Shown here in pieces: positions 1 through 8,726 of a DNA stretch of 59,930 nucleotides (within the stretch, counting starts at the first letter, position 1; every line of letters starts with the position of its first letter). The position numbers and the translations under genes were made by a program. The stretch is taken from positions 1-59,930 of IMG/VR virus record IMGVR_UViG_3300035195_000113, one strand, 5' to 3'. This DNA comes from a virus. Taxonomy: Duplodnaviria > Caudoviricetes. The notes beneath the pieces are model-generated. The model was not told the DNA's origin. It saw nothing but the letters and a program-made list of their open reading frames with translations, and made no database searches.

Positions 1-677
1 TTTAAGTTTTCGAAATTAGCTATACTTGTTAAAACAACAATCATATCACCAATAGCATCTTGTATCTCTGGTTTATCATTGTTTATTAAAGCTTGAGCAA
101 GTTCACCAGCTTCTTCCATTAGTTTTAAATACTGTGTATTTGAATTTCCGTGGTCATAGATACCTTTGTCAGTAGCCCACTCTCTTATTTTATCAAACAT
201 CATATACTTTATATAAATCTGAGGTGTATGAAGCGGGTTGTAAAAAGCCTCATAAAAAGCTTTGTTGTATATATAACTTCTTTCGTTATCAAACATAGAA
301 GTTTTAACATTAGCCATTATCCAAGGTATGTTATCTTTTGTTACTTCAAATGTACCAAACTCTGGATGTTGCCATTTTAGACCAATATTATCCTGTAGCC
401 GTCCTTTTAATTTATTGACCGGCATGGGGAATGTTGAGGTTTGTTCTGTTACGTTTATTTTCATTTTATTAAATAGGTTTTTATATAATTTTAAATCCTT
501 CTTATAGCCATAAGACGTTTGAAGTTCTATTTCACGGTCAGATATATAATTTATATCGTCTGACTGCTCAAGAACCTCATACTCTCCCTCCTTATAGCCT
601 TGTATAAGGGTTACTCTGTTCTTAAGATTACGCGTTACGCCAATCTTTTTACCTGGTATGTGGTATAAATAATACAT
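1..677 (-). CDS. GIY-YIG-like domain fused to MazG-type all-alpha NTP pyrophosphohydrolase (runs off window start; not in ORF track)
   Basis: Hand translation from ATG 677 stays open to position 1: MYYLYHIPGKKIGVTRNLKNR...EIELQTSYGY at the N-terminus and KLMEEAGELAQAL...EIQDAIGDMIVVL (MazG motif) at the C-terminal side. Confidence 0.8.
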   Translation of the reverse strand, partial: MYYLYHIPGKKIGVTRNLKNRVTLIQGYKEGEYEVLEQSDDINYISDREIELQTSYGYKKDLKLYKNLFNKMKINVTEQTSTFPMPVNKLKGRLQDNIGLKWQHPEFGTFEVTKDNIPWIMANVKTSMFDNERSYIYNKAFYEAFYNPLHTPQIYIKYMMFDKIREWATDKGIYDHGNSNTQYLKLMEEAGELAQALINNDKPEIQDAIGDMIVVLTSIANFENL

Positions 678-1326
678 ATTTTTTAAGTTTATTGTTATAC
701 AAATGCATGTTATGTGCGTGATGGTAATACCAGCCAGTTTCAATAGACAGCCTGTCTGCAACCATTTCTTGTAAAGATGCAAATTGATACTGATCATTAC
801 AAAAGCCGTACCAGATGTCATTAGAACGCATATAGACAGACATACAAAGCTTATCGTTTATAATTGTAAATTGAACAGCATAAGTACATGGTGTATCTTT
901 CTTATAATCATTAAACTCTTTAGCGTCGTATATACTTATTGCTGCGTGTCTAGTTTTAGGGTTTTGCCTTAACTTAGCAACAACATAATCTATTTGGTTG
1001 TTACGTTTCCACTGATAACCATAATTAGAATTTACTTTTCTATCGCTGTTTGCCATCTTTTCCCATATAGGTGGTATCTTACCGTATAGTTCTCCTAGCT
1101 TATCAATACTAGGATCACCTGACAAATACCAAGCCCATTCAGCTGCTGCATATTTTTGACTCCAGTTGCGCTCTTTATTTGTAATAAGCTTATCGCTTGG
1201 ATTCTCTATATAAAAGCCACAGTTAAATAAAGTTTTAGTATCATCAAAATCTTGACCATATTGTATGGCTTGATCTAGTAAAAACTCGTATGCTTCGTTA
1301 GCATTTTTAAATGTTGTATTTATCAT
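649..1326 (-). CDS. Thymidylate-synthase-fold enzyme, most like T4 gp42 dCMP hydroxymethylase
   Basis: PPIWEKMANSDRKVNSNYG, DTPCT (catalytic Cys) and MRSNDIWYGFCND. Asp sits at the specificity position as in gp42 MRSNDVVFGFRND. Start moved to ATG 1326. Confidence 0.75.
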   Translation of the reverse strand: MINTTFKNANEAYEFLLDQAIQYGQDFDDTKTLFNCGFYIENPSDKLITNKERNWSQKYAAAEWAWYLSGDPSIDKLGELYGKIPPIWEKMANSDRKVNSNYGYQWKRNNQIDYVVAKLRQNPKTRHAAISIYDAKEFNDYKKDTPCTYAVQFTIINDKLCMSVYMRSNDIWYGFCNDQYQFASLQEMVADRLSIETGWYYHHAHNMHLYNNKLKKYVLFIPHTR

Positions 1327-1549
1327 AATAATATTTGTAATATTTAAATATTGTCTCCCATAACTCCCTTGGGTCAAAAGCTTGAGGTGATCTATTTATC
1401 TTTTTATTTATCTCTACATCTATATACCACCAAGCAAAGTTTTCTTTACAAAATGGAGATATATAAATCCCGTTGTTTATACACCAGTGGTAAGCTTTAA
1501 AATCCTCAGGACTGTATGTATATACTGTTACTGTTTTCTTTTTTCTCAT
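1307..1549 (-). CDS. Hypothetical protein
   Basis: ORF with ATGA coupling to the helicase stop. Confidence 0.7.
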   Translation of the reverse strand: MRKKKTVTVYTYSPEDFKAYHWCINNGIYISPFCKENFAWWYIDVEINKKINRSPQAFDPRELWETIFKYYKYYYDKYNI

Positions 1550-3258
1550 GCTTCCCAAGGCATAGCCTCATCGTTTATAGACATTTGTTCGTGTGGTATA
1601 AAACAACCTGATCTTGGTTCCCATTTAAAATGAGCTTCAGCGCCATTTTCACCAAGGTTTTGAAACTTAACTTTTAAGACCTTAGCCTTAACTGTTTTAG
1701 CTTCGTAGTCTCTGTGAACTAGTATACCGTGGTAACTAGCATCATACCATTCACCACCACCTTTAATGTTATACATAGTTGGTTCTTCCATTTTACCATC
1801 TTTGTCTTTATACATTTTAGTTGGGTGAGCAACTACAAAAACTAATACATCAAACTTTTTAGCAAAAACCTCTATTTTTGTTAAATACTCCATAGTATAT
1901 CTGTTAACATCTTCAGTCTTACAGTCTACGTCTCTAACTTTATTAAAAGGATCAATTACTAAACATTTGATACCTTTACGTTTAACTAGTTCAGCACCTT
2001 TTCTAAGTACTGATTCAAGAGTGTAACGTTCCATATCAATATGAAAGTAATTACTATTACAATGATCTGCTATTTGATTCCACTTTTCACCATGTATATC
2101 TGCAGCGGTAGGCATACCTTCCCATGTTTTACGCATTAGCTTGTGAGCATGTAAATACGTCGGCGCGTTTTCTGGTGATGCAAAAGCTGTTTTCCAACCG
2201 TAGTTACGATTATATCCGACAACCATTTGATCAACGAAGTCTGATTTGCCGCTACTAGGTATACCAGTGACAGTAATAAATTGACCGGTATAAGTAGAAA
2301 ATATGTCATCAAAATTGGATAAGCCAACTTGGTATCCTTTCTTAAAGCCATTACGAACAAAGTCAGTAACCTCATCTTCAATATCTTTGAATGTCGTAAC
2401 ATTTTCAAGTGGTACGGGTCTCGCTTTGTTAATACGCTTTGCCAGTTCTTGTTTTCCATGTTTTTGTAAGTATTCATTAGCATCTTTACAGTCATCAAAT
2501 GATGCTAGGTAACAAACTTCAGCTCCAAGTCTACGGACTAATTCTGATTGTAATGCTTGTCCTGCCTCGTCTGAGTCAACAGCTAATATTATTTTTTCTT
2601 TATCTTCAAAATAATCAATACAATTATCAAGGTAATCAAGATTATTAGAATTTAATGTAGCTCCGTTAGGAACTGATATAGCGTTTGGTATACCAGCTTC
2701 GTGTAAAGCCAACACGTCCATCTCGCCTTCAGTTATAACGCAAGTGTCATAACCTACTATGCTATTTATATTATAAAATACTTTTTCAGCTCCTTTATAT
2801 AATTTAAAGTTTTTACGACCATCTCTGTATTTAACATTGATAAGTTGGTCACCCATTATATAGTTGAACTGAATAGTGTTCTCGGCTTTGCCGGTTTGTG
2901 GCATCCACTCTTGACCCTCGCCGACCTTTAGATCGACAAGAGTCTGTTGTGAAATACCTCTTGTAGCAAACCACTCTTCTACTTTGGTAGATGGAGGAGC
3001 GTCGTGTATAGCACTTGGCCTTACATAAACTTTCTCGCTAGCACCTTTACGTTGATACGTGTGTAGTTGAAATGATGTGTTACAATTGTGACAAGTACCG
3101 AGACCCCGTTCCCAATCATAAGACGCACATTTAGCCTTTTGATTCTTGGGTTTTCTATCGTGAGAACAAATAGGGCATACACCCTGCTTTTTTCCCTCTT
3201 CAAGCTTATGTTGATTGAATTCATCAATCAAAAATCCATTGATCTCTGTTGTCTGCAT
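1546..3258 (-). CDS. T7 gp4/Twinkle-like primase-helicase
   Basis: CPIC...CHNC zinc domain, TOPRIM EGEMD and DSDEAG, Walker A GIPSSGKS, LVIDP, VAHP. Confidence 0.95.
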   Translation of the reverse strand: MQTTEINGFLIDEFNQHKLEEGKKQGVCPICSHDRKPKNQKAKCASYDWERGLGTCHNCNTSFQLHTYQRKGASEKVYVRPSAIHDAPPSTKVEEWFATRGISQQTLVDLKVGEGQEWMPQTGKAENTIQFNYIMGDQLINVKYRDGRKNFKLYKGAEKVFYNINSIVGYDTCVITEGEMDVLALHEAGIPNAISVPNGATLNSNNLDYLDNCIDYFEDKEKIILAVDSDEAGQALQSELVRRLGAEVCYLASFDDCKDANEYLQKHGKQELAKRINKARPVPLENVTTFKDIEDEVTDFVRNGFKKGYQVGLSNFDDIFSTYTGQFITVTGIPSSGKSDFVDQMVVGYNRNYGWKTAFASPENAPTYLHAHKLMRKTWEGMPTAADIHGEKWNQIADHCNSNYFHIDMERYTLESVLRKGAELVKRKGIKCLVIDPFNKVRDVDCKTEDVNRYTMEYLTKIEVFAKKFDVLVFVVAHPTKMYKDKDGKMEEPTMYNIKGGGEWYDASYHGILVHRDYEAKTVKAKVLKVKFQNLGENGAEAHFKWEPRSGCFIPHEQMSINDEAMPWEA

Positions 3259-3268
3259 TTAATTTAAT

Positions 3269-3364
3269 TTAATTTATTATTTCTTCGTCTCTACAGTCAG
3301 GGCATATGTCGCAGAACCTATATTCGTCCTGCGTCATACCTTGCCCACACATTTCACAATTCAT
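3269..3364 (-). CDS. 31-aa Cys-rich zinc-finger microprotein
   Basis: MNCEMCGQGMTQDEYRFCDICPDCRDEEIIN; TAATG coupling to the upstream gene. Confidence 0.6.
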   Translation of the reverse strand: MNCEMCGQGMTQDEYRFCDICPDCRDEEIIN

Positions 3365-3675
3365 TAAAACGGTAAATCATCCGCTGGAGCAGCTGCTGGA
3401 GCTTGGGCCATTTGAGGTTGTGCATCTCTAGGTGGAGCAGCAACGTTGTCTCCGTTGGTCCACACTACTTTTACATTACCTAAATAAGTCTTAGCTACTT
3501 TAGCCTCTCTTTCTTCCTTTGATTGTTCTACAACCACAGGGCCTTGATTACCGAACTGATCAACTTCGTCGTTCAGTGTAATCGTAATTGGTAAGTATTT
3601 ACCCTTCTTACCTACATAGATTTTATCTTTAGGTATTTCATTAAGGTTAATACTAGCTTTAATTATACTTGCCAT
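3364..3675 (-). CDS. Single-stranded DNA-binding protein
   Basis: Short beta-rich core, Pro/Ala/Gln linker and acidic C-terminal DDLPF; replication context. Confidence 0.8.
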   Translation of the reverse strand: MASIIKASINLNEIPKDKIYVGKKGKYLPITITLNDEVDQFGNQGPVVVEQSKEEREAKVAKTYLGNVKVVWTNGDNVAAPPRDAQPQMAQAPAAAPADDLPF

Positions 3676-3676
3676 A

Positions 3677-3853
3677 TTAGTACGCGTTTAATTGGTTAAA
3701 CATTCTTGTTAATTGCTCTTTTGTAGCACCAGTAGTACGTCTTATATTGTCTACTGCTTTAACATGATTTTGGTTTGTGTAAAAGTTATCTACACTTGTT
3801 TTCACTCCTGTTACTGTACAAATTTTAGTTTGGTTTTTTCTTGGTCTAGCCAT
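3677..3853 (-). CDS. Small basic protein (58 aa) with AT-hook-like N-terminus
   Basis: MARPRKNQTKICTVTG...; fills the gap between genes exactly; below the ORF-track cutoff. Confidence 0.65.
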   Translation of the reverse strand: MARPRKNQTKICTVTGVKTSVDNFYTNQNHVKAVDNIRRTTGATKEQLTRMFNQLNAY

Positions 3854-3856
3854 AAT

Positions 3857-4588
3857 TTAAAGGGTTTTAGTTAAAAAAAATTGTTGAGGATCAAACTCCT
3901 CGGTCTTAAAAAATAATTTATATTGTTCTGCTGCTTGTTGAACTTTGTCAGCTCCTCTTTCGTAGAACTGTGGTGAGCAGTCAAATATACCTATTTGGTG
4001 AGTTGTTTTGTCTATAACTATAAACAACATTTCATAACCAAACAGTTTACTATAAATATAAGCTTGTGAGTCGTAATTGTACTTAGAAGCTGAATATTTA
4101 AATTTAGTGATGTCTGCTGTTGTTTTCAAATCAATGATCAGCTTTTCATCATGGTTTACAATATCAGCTTTACCTTTCCACATTTCGCCTTCAAGCTCTG
4201 TAATCCCTGGTCTTTCGTATTCTACGTTGTTACCTCGTATAAGATCTCTGCAAACTTCATTTGACATCATTTTATCTGTCATTAGTTCTATCTTATCTAC
4301 CTCCGTTTGTAACAAACATAGTTCACCACCTGAGATCTCTTTATACGCTTTTGAATTTCTATTTGTTGATTCTACAATCTTAAAGTTTTTAAGCTTTTCA
4401 GGTTCTAGTATCGCTGTATGGAAATAACCACCAACTAAAAAAGCAGGTATTTGCTTTGATGGTTGACCTAGCGCTAAAGGATTTGTTAATAAAGTAGAAA
4501 TGTCAGAGTTACTAAGATACTTCTTACCGAAACTACCATAGTAATGCTCATCGTTTTCTAGTTGTTTTAACACATCTTCTTTTTTCAT
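3857..4588 (-). CDS. PD-(D/E)xK exonuclease (RecE/ExoVIII-like)
   Basis: LSNSDI, GGYFHTAILEP, KGKADIV...IIDLKTT, YDSQAYIY. Confidence 0.85.
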   Translation of the reverse strand: MKKEDVLKQLENDEHYYGSFGKKYLSNSDISTLLTNPLALGQPSKQIPAFLVGGYFHTAILEPEKLKNFKIVESTNRNSKAYKEISGGELCLLQTEVDKIELMTDKMMSNEVCRDLIRGNNVEYERPGITELEGEMWKGKADIVNHDEKLIIDLKTTADITKFKYSASKYNYDSQAYIYSKLFGYEMLFIVIDKTTHQIGIFDCSPQFYERGADKVQQAAEQYKLFFKTEEFDPQQFFLTKTL

Positions 4589-5131
4589 CTATAATGTTGT
4601 TAGTTCTTGCTCTGCTTCTTTAGACAGGGCATACTTAGCTTTAATAGCTTCGATTTTACCTCCAGCTTTTACGTAGTCTTTAGCTTTTGCTAACTGATCT
4701 GCTGTTATTGAGGTTTTAGTTTTTGGCGCAAACTTCTTTTTACCATGATCATTAGTGGCATCACTGTCTGCTGTATCGTCAATTAAGAATAAGTTACCTA
4801 ACGCGTATTTTTTAGCGTAAGAAGATGCTGACCCAAACTGTTGAGGTACGTTCATACCTTTTTGGTTTAAGTCTACACCGACTATAGCAGTAGCGTGTAT
4901 AGCATTGTCACCATCACTTACAGAAGCAGTAGACTGCATCATAGGTAAAGGGTCAACACTAATGATCTCTTCATTAATTGTTACTGTAACTCCTAGCTCT
5001 AATAGAAAGGGTTTTGTTGCTTCGAGAATGTCTTCGGCTGATCTGAAGTTGTATTTGCCAAAGGAATTAAATCTACTTTTTTTCGATTTAAATTTTGTCT
5101 GGATTGTAGCCAGCTTTTCGTTTATAGTCAT
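4589..5131 (-). CDS. ERF-family single-strand annealing protein
   Basis: KYNFRSAEDIL and QQFGSASSYAKKYAL ERF motifs; adjacent to the exonuclease. Confidence 0.85.
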   Translation of the reverse strand: MTINEKLATIQTKFKSKKSRFNSFGKYNFRSAEDILEATKPFLLELGVTVTINEEIISVDPLPMMQSTASVSDGDNAIHATAIVGVDLNQKGMNVPQQFGSASSYAKKYALGNLFLIDDTADSDATNDHGKKKFAPKTKTSITADQLAKAKDYVKAGGKIEAIKAKYALSKEAEQELTTL

Positions 5132-5154
5132 TGGTTTATGGTTTTTCTTATTAG

Positions 5155-5165
5155 TATAATTACAT
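5155..5165 (-). promoter_or_regulatory. Putative middle/late promoter motif ATGTAATTATA
   Basis: Intergenic; similar 11-mers at 13593, 34293 and 52695 each precede an operon. Confidence 0.4.
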
Positions 5166-5192
5166 ATATTATTTAATATTTAATCACTTAAA

Positions 5193-5951
5193 CTACAGGT
5201 AATCAAGCACTTGCGAGTGATCTACACTGTCTATAAGTTTTTGCACAGCTTGTTTTTTTAACTGAGAAACTCTAACATAGGAGCTACTACCTTGTATTTT
5301 TAAAGCTTTAGCTATTTCTTTAGCTGGATGCTTATCACAGTCTAAACCATAGCTAAGTCTAAGTATATTAAACTCTAACTCATTTAAATGTTTTTTAAGT
5401 AAGCCAGTTAAGTATATGTTTAGTATTTGTTGATTATATGGTTCTGATTTATCAGGTATATCATATATAGGGTTGTCGTCATTATTAGGTTTTTCATCTA
5501 TACTTAAAAATATAGAATTAAAAAACATAGCAACCATCTTTTCATCTTTACCAAAGTTTTTACGTATGTCATTTAATTTGTGCTCTGGTATACGTATATC
5601 ACCTCTGTTTATATCTATAGATCTTCTTATAGCTCCTTTAATTCTTTTACTAAAGAAAGACTTTAATGTCTTTTCATAGTCTTCTGATTTTTCTAGTGTT
5701 GGCCAGTCTAATCTATCAACAGCTTTAGTTAATCCAGCTCCGCCTGCAGATATTAAATCTAGTATACTTTGTACACCTGATGCTTGTTGGGTTGTAGAGA
5801 ATTTTCTAGCTAAGCTTTCTACTAACGGCATAAACTTAGTTATAAGCTCTTCCCTAGTACAGTCTTTCCAGTCTTTTCCTTCTAGCCTTAACAAAGCTTG
5901 TTTAAGATCTTCTTTATATCTTATATAGTTTTGTATGTTATACTTCTTCAT
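5193..5951 (-). CDS. Phage sigma70-family RNA polymerase sigma factor
   Basis: Region 2 LVESLARKF...DLISAGGAGLTKAVDR, IRIP, region 4 HTH KEIAKAL...VRVSQLKKQAVQKL. Confidence 0.9.
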   Translation of the reverse strand: MKKYNIQNYIRYKEDLKQALLRLEGKDWKDCTREELITKFMPLVESLARKFSTTQQASGVQSILDLISAGGAGLTKAVDRLDWPTLEKSEDYEKTLKSFFSKRIKGAIRRSIDINRGDIRIPEHKLNDIRKNFGKDEKMVAMFFNSIFLSIDEKPNNDDNPIYDIPDKSEPYNQQILNIYLTGLLKKHLNELEFNILRLSYGLDCDKHPAKEIAKALKIQGSSSYVRVSQLKKQAVQKLIDSVDHSQVLDYL

Positions 5952-6552
5952 TTAATAATGTTTTTTCATGTGTTAGTTCCTTGTTCATAGTTCTATAAAT
6001 AGTTCTTGAGGAGCAATCGAGTAGACCTGCTATTCTACTTATTGTTATCTTTTTACCTAAGTGGTTCAAGTCTAACATGCATTGGTATACAGCCTCTTGG
6101 TCTACTTTGCTTGCTCTTCCTATTAGTTTACCAACTATAGACATCTTTTCCTCAGGGGTTAAGCCGCTATAGTCTTTAAATATTACCTTACGTATTCTAT
6201 TAGAAGGTGGATCACCACCTTGACTAAAAACATCTTCAATCATGTTGTTTAATATCTTTTCACTAATAAAAAAAGTTACAAATCCATTTTCTTTATCAGC
6301 TATAAACCTAAATAATGTATATAACTCTTCGGGAGTTATTTCGTTTAAATAATACAAAACAAGCATGTGCCATTTCAAAGACTTGTATGTTGTAATCTTT
6401 GCTTTACTACGAAACAAGTGATAACACTCGTACGTACCATCCGCGTAATACGCGTACTTGGCAGTATCCAGTGTGGGCTTATCGTTGATAGGATCTATTC
6501 GATACCTTATCCTACGATCATTTAGCCATTTTATTTTTCTTTCTTGTGACAT
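5938..6552 (-). CDS. DNA-binding protein with C-terminal HTH (candidate replication initiator or regulator)
   Basis: ITISRIAGLLDCSSRTIYR HTH; start codon lies inside a 47-bp repeated element. Confidence 0.65.
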   Translation of the reverse strand: MSQERKIKWLNDRRIRYRIDPINDKPTLDTAKYAYYADGTYECYHLFRSKAKITTYKSLKWHMLVLYYLNEITPEELYTLFRFIADKENGFVTFFISEKILNNMIEDVFSQGGDPPSNRIRKVIFKDYSGLTPEEKMSIVGKLIGRASKVDQEAVYQCMLDLNHLGKKITISRIAGLLDCSSRTIYRTMNKELTHEKTLLNEEV

Positions 6553-6591
6553 AAGCTAGTTACTTATTAATACTTAAGGGCTGTTGTCACA
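6545..6591 (-). repeat. 47-bp element, copy 1 (TGTGACA...TGTCACA ends)
   Basis: Reverse complement matches 13526-13572 at 38/47 positions without gaps. Confidence 0.85.
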
Positions 6592-6697
6592 GTCCTTTCT
6601 TTTTAGGTTTAGTTCTTGGTTTAATAAAATTTTTAATTTTATCTTTGATGCCAAAGGCATTTGTGTTAATTAAATGTATTGCTTGTTTTCTACTCAT
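6587..6697 (-). CDS. 36-aa basic microprotein
   Basis: MSRKQAIHLINTNAFGIKDKIKNFIKPRTKPKKKGL; overlaps the upstream stop. Confidence 0.5.
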   Translation of the reverse strand: MSRKQAIHLINTNAFGIKDKIKNFIKPRTKPKKKGL

Positions 6698-7031
6698 TTA
6701 TAATTGTTATTTTTACGTTAGTCCATTTACCTCCTTTTACGTCTTTATTCACTAGGAAGTCAATTCGTTTTGTCCATCTTTTATTCATTCGATCTTCAAT
6801 AGTCCATTCACCATCTAACTGTCCTGCTCCTTCAATGCAAACTCTAGTACCAAACACTAAGCCGTGTTGTTCTAGATCTCTAGATACCGCTATCCAGCGA
6901 TGACCTTGAGGATTAGCTTCATTAATAGTTTTTAACGAAGCTGTAGTTAAATAGTCTGCATTGCATTGAGCAGGATCAGCATGGTATATTGTCGCTGTAA
7001 CCAACAACATTTTCAATGTATTTAGTATCAT
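6690..7031 (-). CDS. 3D-domain protein (putative peptidoglycan lytic transglycosylase-like)
   Basis: VTATIY, IAVSRDL, FGTRVCIEG, IEDRMNKRWTKRIDFL. Confidence 0.75.
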   Translation of the reverse strand: MILNTLKMLLVTATIYHADPAQCNADYLTTASLKTINEANPQGHRWIAVSRDLEQHGLVFGTRVCIEGAGQLDGEWTIEDRMNKRWTKRIDFLVNKDVKGGKWTNVKITIINE

Positions 7032-7488
7032 ATAATTTTTCTTTGTGATGCGCTATGTTTTTCTTCTCGTGTATATAGTACAGCCAGTACGCGTGTATAG
7101 CACTTTCACGCTTGTATTCATCAGGCATACACTGTGGAGGTTCTGAAAAACCTACGTGGAATATGCCGCCTGGATATTTAGCTAAAACTTTTTTGCATTT
7201 AGTAATAGTTAAATGTGTCTTACCATAACGTTTTGTATACTCGTCACCTAATGCTAGCATATGGTAGTATAACCATAAATAATGACTAGCACTTTGTCTA
7301 ACCCATATAGTTGATGGGTGATTTTTGTGAGCTACTTTATAGGGTATATCATCAGACTCTTCAGGACAAAGTAAGTGGTGTGCAGTACATAACATCTGAG
7401 CAGATTCAAGTATCATCTTGACAACGTGCTTATTATACTGAACTTGCGCAGCTTTAACTGGGTCTTTGTCTAAATAAAATATATTCAT
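6976..7488 (-). CDS. Pyrimidine-dimer DNA glycosylase (DenV-like family)
   Basis: MNIFYLD...KHVVKMILESAQML, HKNHPSTIW, EYTKRYGKTH, PPQCMPDEY. Confidence 0.8.
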   Translation of the reverse strand: MNIFYLDKDPVKAAQVQYNKHVVKMILESAQMLCTAHHLLCPEESDDIPYKVAHKNHPSTIWVRQSASHYLWLYYHMLALGDEYTKRYGKTHLTITKCKKVLAKYPGGIFHVGFSEPPQCMPDEYKRESAIHAYWLYYIHEKKNIAHHKEKLYDTKYIENVVGYSDNIPC

Positions 7489-7595
7489 CTGTATCTAGTT
7501 TTATTTACTCTATTATAGTGAGCATCTAATAATAAGTGTACTACTTCTTCGCTTATCATATTATCGTTATATAATTGGTATATTAGTTTACTCAT
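7485..7595 (-). CDS. 36-aa hypothetical protein
   Basis: MSKLIYQLY..., coupled to both neighbours. Confidence 0.55.
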   Translation of the reverse strand: MSKLIYQLYNDNMISEEVVHLLLDAHYNRVNKTRYR

Positions 7596-8433
7596 AGTTA
7601 CGTAACGTTTTAAATAGTGGATGTCTGTAACTACCGGCTTTAGTACGTTCGAAATATGTAAACGTAGCACGCTTACCTATGTAGTTATGAATATTTGTTA
7701 GCATATCTGCTAGCATTTTGTAGTTGTAACCTTTACCTGGTGGACAACCGAATTCAACACCATCATCATCTTGCATTAAAAACTTACCGAGAGTACCTGT
7801 ACGTTTGCCTTTACCGTCTACGTAGCCTACAATTGTAGCTTCTGTGTCATGAAAGTCTTTGAACTTCTGTAAGTTGTAAGAACGTTTACACTGATAAGGT
7901 TTGTCAAGACGTAAGATAGAACCTTCGTAACCTTCGTCTAAGTTAGCTTGATGCTGTATATTAGCTTGATCTTGAGTTATACATGTAGTATATACGTGTT
8001 TAACACAGTAAGAATACATATCACTTGTATTGAGTTGGTCCATTCTGTAGCTATAAGGCATGTTTAATACAGTTTCTATGTAGTCATAACAATGAAATTG
8101 TACTAATTTAGATGCCTCAGTTCTGTCAGATGGCGTTGGTTTTTGTTTTCTGACTAATGATATGATCTTTTCGAAATCATCTCTTAGATCATGATTGTAC
8201 AGTTCACCGTCAAGTATAATATCAGGGTGTTGTGTAAAAAAATAGTGTAATGAATTTGTAATGTGAGCTATATTAAGCCACGGTTTACCTGTACGTGAAA
8301 AAGCTTGTACTTCATTATTGTCGCCGAGTTTAATTACACAACGTACGCCGTCAAGCTTAGGTTGCATGTACACTTTCTCGGACCAGTCGACAGGTTTGTT
8401 GCCTACTTTGTATGCGAGCATTGGTTTGATCAT
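7588..8433 (-). CDS. ATP-dependent DNA ligase
   Basis: KLDGVR, LDGELY, EGSILR, KRSYNLQKFK, OB domain ending in RHPLF. Confidence 0.95.
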   Translation of the reverse strand: MIKPMLAYKVGNKPVDWSEKVYMQPKLDGVRCVIKLGDNNEVQAFSRTGKPWLNIAHITNSLHYFFTQHPDIILDGELYNHDLRDDFEKIISLVRKQKPTPSDRTEASKLVQFHCYDYIETVLNMPYSYRMDQLNTSDMYSYCVKHVYTTCITQDQANIQHQANLDEGYEGSILRLDKPYQCKRSYNLQKFKDFHDTEATIVGYVDGKGKRTGTLGKFLMQDDDGVEFGCPPGKGYNYKMLADMLTNIHNYIGKRATFTYFERTKAGSYRHPLFKTLRNYE

Positions 8434-8434
8434 A

Positions 8435-8677
8435 TTATTTAAATTTATTTAGTTTATTTTCTACTACGTAGATTTTGTTTTTTATTTTTTCACACTGACT
8501 ATAGTTTTCTTTTTGTAAGTTAAAGTCTAATTGTGTCATAAGAGTAGCTAGTTCAGCTAACAGCTCTTCTTCTTGACTTATTTGAGGTATTGCTTCTTGA
8601 AACTCTATCTCCGATAAGCCATCTAGCACTAATTGTGCTACTCTCATAGCCATTTGTTCAATTTGTTTGTCTGTCAT
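8435..8677 (-). CDS. Small protein with UVR-like coiled coil, possibly leaderless
   Basis: QKENYSQCEKIKNKI resembles a UVR motif; ATG 8677 lies 7 nt after the GATAAT of promoter copy 1. Confidence 0.6.
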   Translation of the reverse strand: MTDKQIEQMAMRVAQLVLDGLSEIEFQEAIPQISQEEELLAELATLMTQLDFNLQKENYSQCEKIKNKIYVVENKLNKFK

Positions 8678-8680
8678 ATT

Positions 8681-8715
8681 TATATTATCCAACTGTGTTC
8701 GTATTTAGTTTGTAA
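8681..8715 (-). promoter_or_regulatory. Early promoter-like motif, copy 1
   Basis: TTACAAACTAAATACGA-N7-TGGATAATA. Confidence 0.8.
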
Positions 8716-8726
8716 CGTTTTCTTGA

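Noticed and set aside
649-1377. Canonical thymidylate synthase thyA starting at 1377
   Set aside because: Asp at the specificity position and gp42-like motifs; the first 17 codons overlap the upstream gene
150-6903. Short plus-strand and nested ORFs in the left arm (e.g. 150-380, 2136-2498, 4077-4427)
   Set aside because: Overlap well-supported minus-strand genes and show no recognisable motifs
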